Source: an uncultured Halobacteriales archaeon
GTDB lineage: Archaea; Halobacteriota; Halobacteria; Halobacteriales; Haloarculaceae
Direction: 5' to 3'
Length of the DNA: 47,991 bases
Assembly (NCBI GenBank): GCA_964459695.1
Contig: CAYWNQ010000001.1
Location: forward strand, 1-47,991
Made by a program: the position numbers and the translations under genes. The notes beneath the pieces are model-generated. The model had not been told where the DNA came from and searched no databases. It saw nothing but the letters and a program-made list of their open reading frames with translations. Shown piece after piece: positions 8,208-15,778 of this stretch (positions are counted from its first letter, which is position 1; every line of letters begins with the position of its first letter).

Positions 8208-8789
8208 ATGGCAGACGTGGAAGACCTGCGGAAACGGCTCCTCGGACAGCGGTTCTACGACAAGCAGGAGGACGAGGCCTTCACCGTGGTCGGCGTCACC
8301 AGCCAGCCGCCGCTCGCCCTCCTCCAGTACGACGACGGCGTCGGGTGGGACGAGGCGGCGTCGAACTTCACTGTCGATGAGGACACCGCCCGGAAGGCGG
8401 GACTCGACGAGCACGGACTGGACTCCGAGCGGTACCACCAGCTTGGGCCGGGGCCGCGCATCGACCATACCTGCGACCTCGATGAACACAACTGGTTCCC
8501 GCGGCCGGACGACCTCTGGCAGGACGTCCCTTCGGGCGACCAGCGCAAACAAACCCCCGGCCATCCCCGGGACTTCTACAACCGGATTGCGCGGTGCAAG
8601 CGGTGCGGGCTCTCCGGGAGCGTCGCCGGCCAATTCGGAAACTACGGGGCAAAGGGTCACCATCAGACGCCGTGGTTCTGCCACGAGTGCAGCGACGTCC
8701 TCCCCGGGCACGAACTCCGCTACGTCGGTGACGTGGCTCACTGTCCCGAGTGCGCCGCCGCAAAAGAGGAGGGACGGGACGGCGAGTGA
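8208..8789 (+). CDS. hypothetical protein with C-terminal Cys-pair (zinc-ribbon-like) motifs
   Basis: MADVEDLRKRLLGQRFYDKQEDEAF.. is acidic with good GC3. The Cys pairs are CKRCG..CHEC..CPEC. A TATA-like gctaacatatttcc lies ~28 nt upstream. I recognise no family. Confidence 0.6.
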   Translation: MADVEDLRKRLLGQRFYDKQEDEAFTVVGVTSQPPLALLQYDDGVGWDEAASNFTVDEDTARKAGLDEHGLDSERYHQLGPGPRIDHTCDLDEHNWFPRPDDLWQDVPSGDQRKQTPGHPRDFYNRIARCKRCGLSGSVAGQFGNYGAKGHHQTPWFCHECSDVLPGHELRYVGDVAHCPECAAAKEEGRDGE

Positions 8790-8887
8790 GACGCAGGACG
8801 GGGGCACGGCCGCCCGCCACGCGCCCGAAGCTACTTCAGGGACGACTGCAACAGGACGCGTCGATTTCCGACACGTTCGAACCGTGG

Positions 8888-9400
8888 GTGACCGACCGGG
8901 GCGAGATCGCCCACCGGAACGAGACCGGCGAGTGCGTGTGCGGCGGCGACGACCTCGGCCTGCTCGGCCGGTTCCACGATTACGACTGGTGCGGGGAGTG
9001 CGACCGTGAGTACGTCTGGCAAGATGGGGAGGCCGTCCATCCCGAGGAGATCCTTGCTACCGACCGCGAGAGACTCGTCCACGCCAGCGAGGAGTGGGAG
9101 GCGTTCAAACCTCCTATGCGAGTACGACAAAACGTTCCGCGACCACATCAAGTTCGGCGCGACGGCCGACGACGAGGCTGGCTGTGAGCGCACGACAGTC
9201 TCTACATCGGCTACCTGCTGTACAAGTGGGACACGCTCCCACAACTCCTCGTCGTTCACGGCTACCGCGAGCAGGGCCACGGCACTCGGTTCGTTGAGAA
9301 GCGGTTCGACCGCCTCGGCGAGGAGGAGATTGAGGTGATGAGTTTTGATGAACGGGAGTCGTTCTACCGCGAGCCGGACGTCCCGTTCGCGAACGTCTAA
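8888..9400 (+). pseudogene. disrupted CDS of unknown function (two compensating frameshifts plus an in-frame TGA)
   Basis: The coding-like frame (GC3, acidic) runs in frame 2 from ~8888 (..TDRGEIAHRNETGECVCGGDDLGLLGRFHDYDWCGECDREYVWQDGEAVHPEEILATDRERLVHASEEWEAF). It switches to frame 0 over ~9108-9195 (CEYDKTFRDHIKFGATADDEAGCERTT). It then returns to frame 2 (HDSLYIGYLLYKWDTLPQLLVVHGYREQGHGTRFVEKRFDRLGEEEIEVMSFDERESFYREPDVPFANV*, stop 9398-9400). In frame 2 a TGA lies at 9185-9187. Confidence 0.4.
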
Positions 9401-9656
9401 CTGCGTAGCACTGAATGCTCTCGCGGTTCGTGAACCGTGTCGGCGTTCGGTGGTCACCGCCCCGACGTTCGAGCCGCGGGAACCCGCCGGAGTTGCCCGG
9501 TATGCACACTATCTCCGTCAGAATCCCCACAGACGTCCACAACGGTGTTAAACGGGGACGACTTGCCGTCCACAGCCTTCGAGTTCGGTTGACACGGGAA
9601 GGGCGCGACCCGCCATCTGGGGCGCTCTTTTCACCGCCGGGGAGATATGGTAGACT

Positions 9657-9890
9657 GTGGATAGAAGATCATTTCTGAGGAACACCACCGCCGTCGCGGC
9701 TTTCGGTGTCGGAATGAGCGGCTATCTCGACACCGGCGGCGAGAAGGAGAACCCAACTCCGAACGGAGGTGGCACCAACCGTGCGGACGTACCGACCGGT
9801 CGACACGAAGCGGGTGCCTCTGACCCGACAGGTGGCCCGTACCCCACGCAAGGTCGAGTTATCCCGTACCGGCGGGCGCGAAACGGGTGA
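9657..9890 (+). CDS. orphan 77-aa ORF starting with a twin-arginine (Tat) signal; possibly a gene remnant
   Basis: (GTG)MDRRSFLRNTTAVAAFGVGMSGYLDTGG.. is a canonical haloarchaeal Tat leader. A Gly/Pro-rich low-complexity tail follows. Low-GC codons (aga aga tca ttt) are atypical for this window. Confidence 0.35.
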   Translation: MDRRSFLRNTTAVAAFGVGMSGYLDTGGEKENPTPNGGGTNRADVPTGRHEAGASDPTGGPYPTQGRVIPYRRARNG

Positions 9891-9953
9891 AACGGACGGA
9901 ACTGTCGGTGCTCGTTATTACCCCTCCACCGCAACCGACGGTACTTCGATTCC

Positions 9954-11015
9954 ATGCCATCGGGATTGCCGGATTCCACCCGAACGCTACTGGTCGTCGT
10001 GACGGTCGCGGTCGTGGTCTCGATGGTCGCTGGCGTGGCCAGCGCGGCCCCGGACGAGACGGGTGCAGTCGCCTCCCCCGACGGGACGCTCCCCGACGAG
10101 GGGGCTCTCCCGCCCATGGACGTCCCGTTCGGACCCGTCGCCGGCGCCGGAACCGGATCGGAGGCCGGCGACGCGGGGCCAGGGTCACCCGTCGAGGCCG
10201 GCCAGACGGGGTGGGCACCACCGGTCGGGCCGGATCGGACGACGGCGGCGTCACCCGAACCGCAGCCACCGGTCCAGCAGCTACCGACCGGCCGAGTGAC
10301 CCTCGACGTTCCCCGGACGGAGGCCGTCGACCACGGGACCCCGTGGCTCTCCGGGACGAACGACGGGGGTCGGCTGGCCGGCCACGCAGGCGACGGCCGG
10401 CCGGGACCGCGCGCGCTGGCGTGGTTCCTCACCGGTCTCACCGCGCTGCTCGCGGACGCCGCGGGCGTCATCGGCACTGTCGCGGCGGTCGCGGAGGCGG
10501 CCGTGACGACGGTTCCGGTCGTCGCCGGGCTCCTGGATGCGGCCATCGGAGTCGCCGGCATCCTGTCGGGACTGCTCGTGCACGCGCTGTATCGCGACCT
10601 CGCGGCGAGTCCGAGTGGACTGACCGCGGCCGTCCGACAGCTCCCGTTCGCGGACCTGGACGCCGGTCGCCGACTGGGAGCGTGGGCCTGGTGGCTGCCC
10701 GGCGGTGCCAGGGCCGCGGCATCTCGCGGGGAGGACGAGCCGGGGGCAACGAACGGGCCCGACGTCGACAAGGGGAGCGACGAACTCGTGCCCGACAGCC
10801 TCGTCGTTCAGCGGATACTGGAGTCGAACGAGGGCCGCCTGAAGCAGGGCGCCATCGTCGAAGCGACGGGGTGGTCCAAGTCGAAGGTCAGCCGGCGCCT
10901 GTCCCGGATGGCAGACGACGGCCGTATCGTGAAGGTCAGACTCGGGCGCGAGAACCTCATCTGTCTGGACGGGGCCGAGCCGGACGTCGTCTCGGGAGGA
11001 CCGACACCGGCGTGA
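9954..11015 (+). CDS. membrane-tethered winged-helix (MarR/ArsR-like) transcriptional regulator
   Basis: The N-terminal TM/signal anchor is TLLVVVTVAVVVSMVAGVASA. A ~130-aa Pro/Gly-rich segment and two further hydrophobic helices follow. The C-terminal wHTH reads VVQRILESNEGRLKQGAIVEATGWSKSKVSRRLSRMADDGRIVKVRLGRENLICL. Confidence 0.75.
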   Translation: MPSGLPDSTRTLLVVVTVAVVVSMVAGVASAAPDETGAVASPDGTLPDEGALPPMDVPFGPVAGAGTGSEAGDAGPGSPVEAGQTGWAPPVGPDRTTAASPEPQPPVQQLPTGRVTLDVPRTEAVDHGTPWLSGTNDGGRLAGHAGDGRPGPRALAWFLTGLTALLADAAGVIGTVAAVAEAAVTTVPVVAGLLDAAIGVAGILSGLLVHALYRDLAASPSGLTAAVRQLPFADLDAGRRLGAWAWWLPGGARAAASRGEDEPGATNGPDVDKGSDELVPDSLVVQRILESNEGRLKQGAIVEATGWSKSKVSRRLSRMADDGRIVKVRLGRENLICLDGAEPDVVSGGPTPA

Positions 11016-11248
11016 CCACGGCTTCGGTGTCCGGGGGTCGGATCCGTCACGGTGGCGGCGGTCTCGCGTCCTCGAACTGGGCGTCCGGGTGCAGTCGCGG
11101 CGTGGTCGTAGAACCTCCCGGCCGGTGCGGTGGTCAGATCCCGGACCGCCCCTGTCCCCGCGGGTGTACTCCGGCCGAAATCGACCGCCGACGGAGTGTC
11201 GTTCGTCGGAGGTGGGGCGGGCGTCCCGGCCGCGGAACGGCCACGCGA

Positions 11249-11307
11249 GAAACGGTTTCGTCGACCGTTTCACCCCGAAACGTCCCCCAACGGTGCGCAA
11301 CGGTTTC
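11249..11307. promoter_or_regulatory. cluster of GAAAC/GTTTC pentamers (operator-like) upstream of the glycosylation operon
   Basis: gaaac at 11249-53, gtttc at 11255-59, gtttc at 11267-71, gaaac at 11277-81 and gtttc at 11303-07. aacggt recurs at 11251, 11289 and 11299. All lie 55-115 nt upstream of the ATG at 11363. Confidence 0.4.
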
Positions 11308-11362
11308 GCCGATTGATGGACTGGTCCGGTCAACGGGCGGGTGCCTCGATCGGGCACGAACC

Positions 11363-12157
11363 ATGACAGCACAACGGACACACGCGGACGAACGCACCGA
11401 TGCTACCGGGGTCTCCGTCGTGATCCCCACGTACAACGAGCGGGAGAACGTCGCGCCGATGGTGCGGTCGTGTCGTCGCGCACTCGCGGAGTACGACGCG
11501 GAGGTCATCGTGGTCGACGACGACAGCCCCGACGGGACGTGGCGGCGCGTCGACCGGGAGTTCGGCGACGCGGACGACGTGCGACTCGTACGCCGGGTCG
11601 ACGACCAGGGACTCGCGACCGCGGTCGTCGAGGGGTTCGACGCGTCGCGCAACGAGCACCTCGGCGTCATCGACGGCGACTTCCAGCACCCGCCGGACCG
11701 GCTCCCGGACCTCGTCGACGCCCTGCAGACGTTCCGGGCCGACGTCGCCGTGGGCAGTCGCTACCTGGCTCACGGCGGGATCGAGGAGTGGTCCTCCGGG
11801 CGCAAGGCCCTGAGTTACGGCGCGACGCTGATGACCCGAACGCTCGTCCCCGACGCGAGACGCCTGTCGGACCCGCTGAGCGGGTTCTTCGCCGTTCGGC
11901 GGGACCTCGTCGACGACGTCTCGCTGTCGCCGACCGGGTACAAGATCCTGCTCGAGATCCTCACGGAGTGCTCCGTCGACCGGATCGCCGAGGTCCCGTT
12001 CACGTTCTCGGACCGGGACAGCGGGGAGTCCAAGGCGACCGTCGACGAGTACGCCAAGTTCCTCAACCACCTCGTCTCGTGTTCGTACCGCACCCGTATC
12101 CACGACGACGGCCGCCCCGCCGACCCCGTGGCGCTGACCCCCGAGTTCGAACGATGA
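11363..12157 (+). CDS. GT2 polyprenyl/dolichyl-phosphate hexose synthase (GtrB/Dpm1/AglD-like)
   Basis: VSVVIPTYNERENV..VIVVDDDSPDGT..VIDGDFQHPP..AVGSRY..LSDPLSGFFAVRR..GYKILLE is the classical Dpm1/GtrB block order. The start is ATG 11363, in frame within the artefactual 756-aa ORF 9887-12157. Confidence 0.9.
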   Translation: MTAQRTHADERTDATGVSVVIPTYNERENVAPMVRSCRRALAEYDAEVIVVDDDSPDGTWRRVDREFGDADDVRLVRRVDDQGLATAVVEGFDASRNEHLGVIDGDFQHPPDRLPDLVDALQTFRADVAVGSRYLAHGGIEEWSSGRKALSYGATLMTRTLVPDARRLSDPLSGFFAVRRDLVDDVSLSPTGYKILLEILTECSVDRIAEVPFTFSDRDSGESKATVDEYAKFLNHLVSCSYRTRIHDDGRPADPVALTPEFER

Positions 12158-12293
12158 GCCGGGGAACGCGGGCCGCCGACGGGTTCGACGCACGCCCGAT
12201 CCGGTGCCCGTTGCGTTGCCGGTCCCGCGCGCGCTCTCGCCGGGGCCGAACCGATGTCGCCGGTCGGCGGTCGGTCGAGGGGTGTCGACGTCG

Positions 12294-13316
12294 ATGAGCG
12301 TCGCGATGTGCCCGCACCTCTCGGTCGAGCACTACCGGGGCGGCGAGAAGTGGACCGTCATGGTGGCGAACAGGCTGGCCGCCGACGGCGTCGACGTCGA
12401 CGTCCGGGCGCTCCCCTACGCGCCCGGGGGGACGCGCCGCGTCTCGGCTACGGACGTGCTCCACGACGCCGTCAGCTACCGTGAGGCGTGGCGCCACGAC
12501 CTCTCCGGGTACGACGTCTCCTACGTGTTCTACAACCCCCTCTCGGAGGCGTTCTTCGGCGGCGACACCTACCGGATCGCGGGGATCCACTCGTGGGCGT
12601 ACGTGACGGACCGGCTCTTCGAGTCCCACTACGGCGCCGTCCCCACCCTGGTCAAGGCCCTCTACTGGACGTTCGGCGACCGCGAACTCGGCCGGTTCGA
12701 CGCCGTCCACACCTGCACCGGGGCGTTCGACTCCCCGAACGAGAACACCGTCCACATCCCCAACTACGTCGACGCCGACCGCTACCACCCCGACGCCGCC
12801 GAGACCGGAGACGAGTTCACCGTCCTGGTCACGGCGGCCCGCATCAGGGAGAAGGGCTGGGACCGCGTCCGGGCGACGGCGGCCGAGCTCGGCGAGGAGG
12901 ACGTCCGGGTGGTCGCCACCGGCAGCGCGGACGACGGAGCGACCGGCTCCCGTCCCGTCGAGGACCTCGGGTTCCTCGAGGAGGCGGAGCTCGCGGCGTG
13001 GTACGCCCGCGCCCACGCCGTGTTGCATCCGACGCGGGTCGACGCCGACAGCATCGTGATGAAGGAATCGCTGGCCGCCGGGACGCCGGTGGTCACCACG
13101 TCGCTTCCCACCCACCGGGCCCACGCCGACCGGCCCGCGATCCTGTTCGGCGACTCGGTGGACGAACTCGCCGACGGGATACGCCGACTCCGTCGCGAGT
13201 GGGGCCGCTCGACCCGGTACGCCGACAGGGCCCGGTCGGCTCGCGACCTCGGCGAGCGATACGACGAGTCGGTCGTGTTTCCCCGGCTCAAGGCACTCCT
13301 GACCCGCGATACATGA
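12294..13316 (+). CDS. GT-B fold glycosyltransferase (GT4-like)
   Basis: MSVAMCPHLSVEHYRGGEKWTVMVANRL.. The C-terminal part has the GT4 pattern (FLEEAELAAWYARAHAVLHPTRVDADSIVMKESLAAGTPVV). The stop overlaps the next start (ATGA at 13313-13316). Confidence 0.8.
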   Translation: MSVAMCPHLSVEHYRGGEKWTVMVANRLAADGVDVDVRALPYAPGGTRRVSATDVLHDAVSYREAWRHDLSGYDVSYVFYNPLSEAFFGGDTYRIAGIHSWAYVTDRLFESHYGAVPTLVKALYWTFGDRELGRFDAVHTCTGAFDSPNENTVHIPNYVDADRYHPDAAETGDEFTVLVTAARIREKGWDRVRATAAELGEEDVRVVATGSADDGATGSRPVEDLGFLEEAELAAWYARAHAVLHPTRVDADSIVMKESLAAGTPVVTTSLPTHRAHADRPAILFGDSVDELADGIRRLRREWGRSTRYADRARSARDLGERYDESVVFPRLKALLTRDT

Positions 13317-15778
13317 GTACGCTCGCGCCGAACCGGCACGACGCTCGCGTCAGGCGCTTCGCCCAGTACGTGGTGGTTGGCGCGGTCGGAATTGCCATCA
13401 ACGAGGGGACGCTGTTCCTCTCGACGGCGTACCTCGGCGTCTCCTACGTCGGCGGTGGCGCCCTGGGTCGCGTCCTGAGCGTCCTGTTCAACTACGTCGT
13501 CAACGACCAGTGGACGTGGGGGAGTCACGGGGACGGCGGGGCGGGCCGGTGGGTACTCCGCGGCGGGAAGTACGTCGCGACCCGGCTGGTCGGGATGGCC
13601 ATCGGGCTGACGACGCTCGTGGTACTCGTCGAGTTCGGGGGCGTCCACTACCTCCTCGCGAACCTCGTCGCCATCGGGGCCGGCGTCGCCTGGGGGTTCC
13701 TCGCGAGCGAGCTCTGGGTCTGGGGTGCCCACGAGTCGAGCGACCTCGACGTCGCGGCGGTCCGGCGCCGCGCGGCCTCGGTCCTGTCGCGGGTCGACAC
13801 CAACACCTGGATCGTCCTCCTGGTCTCGCTCGCGCTCTTCGTCGTCCTCTCGGCGTACACCGTCTCCCTGTTCCGGAGTTTCTGGTCGACCGGGGCCGAC
13901 CTGGGTGCGTACGTGCACGCGTTCGCGACGACGCTCGACGGGTCGGGGTTCCTCCAGCAGGGCAAGTACCGGGTCAACCACCCGGGCGGCTCCTACTGGG
14001 GCGCTCACTTCTCGCTGACCGTCCTCGGATTCCTGGTCCCCTTCGCCGTCCACCAGTCGCCGGTGACGCTGCTCGTCGTGAAGTCGTTCGTCATCGCGGC
14101 GGGCGTGCCGGTGTTCTGGCTGGTCGCCCGCGACCACGTCGAGAGCGACAACGTCGCGGTCCTGCTGACCGTGTCCTACGCGCTCAACCCGTTCCTGTGG
14201 ACGGCCGCCATCTACGACTTCCAGGAGCAGATCCTCCTGCCGGTCCTCGTCATCGGCGCCTACTACGCCTACCGGAAGGAACGATACCTCCCCTTCCTGG
14301 GGCTGTTCGCGCTCGCGCTGCTGACGAACGAGTTCGTAATCTACGTCGCGGCGGGCTTCCTCGGCGGCCTCGCCGTCGCCGGCCTCCGGACGGGGCGCCT
14401 GCGGGAGGAGGCGACGGTCTTCGCCGCCGCGGGCGGGCTCCTGGTGGCCACGAAGGCGCTGGCGACCTACGTGATCGGACGGTACAGCCGGTTCTCGGGG
14501 ATCCCGACCGACCGCCTGGCCGACCCGATCGTCGCTGCCGTCGCGGGCGACGGGGCGACCCCGGTCCGCATCCCCCTGACCGACGTCCTCGCCACGCTGC
14601 TCGGCGAACCCCTGCTGGCGGTGGACTCGTTGCTGATCAACTGGGAGCTCAAGCTCCTGTTCTTCGGCCTGCTCGGGCTCCCGGTGATGTACCTGCCGCT
14701 CGCCGACGAACCGGCGGTGGGTGCGCTCGTTCCGTACCTCGGGCTCGCCTGGATACTGGCGGACAACCCGGCGTACTACCACTTCGGCGCCCACTACTCG
14801 CTGTACGTCCTCCCGTTCCTCTACGTCGGCGCCGCACGGAGCTTCGGATGGGTGAGCAGCCGGATCTCCCGGCAGCGGATGGCGAGTCTCACCACCGGCG
14901 CCGTCGGCGTCTGCATCGTGGCGACGCTGGTCGGCGGCGTGCTCGTGACCGGCCTGGGATACCAGATGGTCCCGGCCAACGACGACCACACGGAGACGCT
15001 CGAGGAGGCGATCGACGCCGTCCCGGAAAACGCCTCGCTGGTGACCCAGAACACGGTCTACCCCCACGTCGCGACCCGGCCGAACGCGACGTTCGTCATG
15101 GACGACGAGTACTTCGAGCGGTACCAGCGACGGTACGGGGAGGTGCAGCCCCGGTACATCCTGATCGACACGAGACTGGACACCCGCCCGAAGGACTGGG
15201 CCCTGCCGGTCCACCAGGCCTACAGCGACGAGTTCGGCGACGAGTACGGCCTGTACCGGTACCAGGACGGGATCTTCGTCTTCAAGCGCGGCTACGACGG
15301 GCCCACGACGGGGATCACGAGAGCGGAGTACACCGTCGACACGCGCCGATACCGCCCCTCCCGGTCGGTGATCGCGGGCATCGACTTCGACGACGTCGCG
15401 GCCGACGAGCCGCGGAACGCCGAGAACGTCACCTGGAAGGGGCCGTGGACGATCGACCACGCGACGCTCCCGCCCGGGACGTACACCGCGACCTTCAGGG
15501 TGAACGCGACCGCCCCGGACGGGACCGGGACGACCGACCGCCGACCGCCAGGGTCGACGCCGACCCGGCAGTCGGCCGGGTCGCAGTACGTCGGCGTCTC
15601 CAGCGCCGACGAGGGGTTGGTCGCGACGCGGGCGGTCAACCGGACCGGGACCTGGACGAACGTCACGGTCGCGTTCACGCTGGACCGGAGCGGCGTCGTC
15701 GACTTCCACGGCTTCGAGGCCGGGGACCGGTCGATCCGGGTCGAGTGGATCGAGGTCCGGGAGGTGCGCGTGTCGTGA
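13313..15778 (+). CDS. fusion protein: GtrA-like domain + DUF2079-type polytopic membrane domain (putative GT-C-like transferase) + C-terminal soluble domain
   Basis: Residues ~10-135 are GtrA-like (RFAQYVVVGAVGIAINEGTLFL..NYVVNDQWTWG..VHYLLANLVAIGAGVAWGFLASELWVWG). Residues ~150-600 show the DUF2079 pattern (GADLGAYVHAF..GAHFSLTVL..YDFQEQILLPVLV..LLTNEF). The C-terminal ~220 aa are hydrophilic with six N-x-S/T sequons. The start is ATG 13313, in frame in ORF 12488-15778. Confidence 0.85.
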   Translation: MSTLAPNRHDARVRRFAQYVVVGAVGIAINEGTLFLSTAYLGVSYVGGGALGRVLSVLFNYVVNDQWTWGSHGDGGAGRWVLRGGKYVATRLVGMAIGLTTLVVLVEFGGVHYLLANLVAIGAGVAWGFLASELWVWGAHESSDLDVAAVRRRAASVLSRVDTNTWIVLLVSLALFVVLSAYTVSLFRSFWSTGADLGAYVHAFATTLDGSGFLQQGKYRVNHPGGSYWGAHFSLTVLGFLVPFAVHQSPVTLLVVKSFVIAAGVPVFWLVARDHVESDNVAVLLTVSYALNPFLWTAAIYDFQEQILLPVLVIGAYYAYRKERYLPFLGLFALALLTNEFVIYVAAGFLGGLAVAGLRTGRLREEATVFAAAGGLLVATKALATYVIGRYSRFSGIPTDRLADPIVAAVAGDGATPVRIPLTDVLATLLGEPLLAVDSLLINWELKLLFFGLLGLPVMYLPLADEPAVGALVPYLGLAWILADNPAYYHFGAHYSLYVLPFLYVGAARSFGWVSSRISRQRMASLTTGAVGVCIVATLVGGVLVTGLGYQMVPANDDHTETLEEAIDAVPENASLVTQNTVYPHVATRPNATFVMDDEYFERYQRRYGEVQPRYILIDTRLDTRPKDWALPVHQAYSDEFGDEYGLYRYQDGIFVFKRGYDGPTTGITRAEYTVDTRRYRPSRSVIAGIDFDDVAADEPRNAENVTWKGPWTIDHATLPPGTYTATFRVNATAPDGTGTTDRRPPGSTPTRQSAGSQYVGVSSADEGLVATRAVNRTGTWTNVTVAFTLDRSGVVDFHGFEAGDRSIRVEWIEVREVRVS

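Noticed and set aside
8831-9457. 208-aa reverse-strand ORF over the frameshifted region.
   Set aside because: The plus-strand frames show the GC3 bias and acidic, Cys-pair-containing sequence. The reverse frame looks like a shadow.
9501-9678. MHTISVRIPTDVHNGVKRG.. resembles the start of an RHH/CopG antitoxin.
   Set aside because: The similarity is limited to ~10 residues. The rest is basic low-complexity with poor codon bias, and no partner toxin ORF is present.
9887-11362. N-terminal 492 codons of the 756-aa ORF 9887-12157.
   Set aside because: These codons are Arg/Gly/Pro-rich and overlap the well-supported membrane wHTH gene in another frame. Only the part from ATG 11363 shows GT2 motifs.
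12782-15709. 975-aa reverse-strand ORF across the glycosylation operon. Similar long ORFs are 13510-17151 (+), 12488-15778 (+, N-terminal part) and 15292-16713 (-).
   Set aside because: The proteins are Arg/Pro/Gly-rich and of low complexity. The ORFs are antisense or out of frame relative to CDSs with clear family motifs and proper GC3. Stop-codon-free shadow frames like these are typical of very GC-rich DNA.
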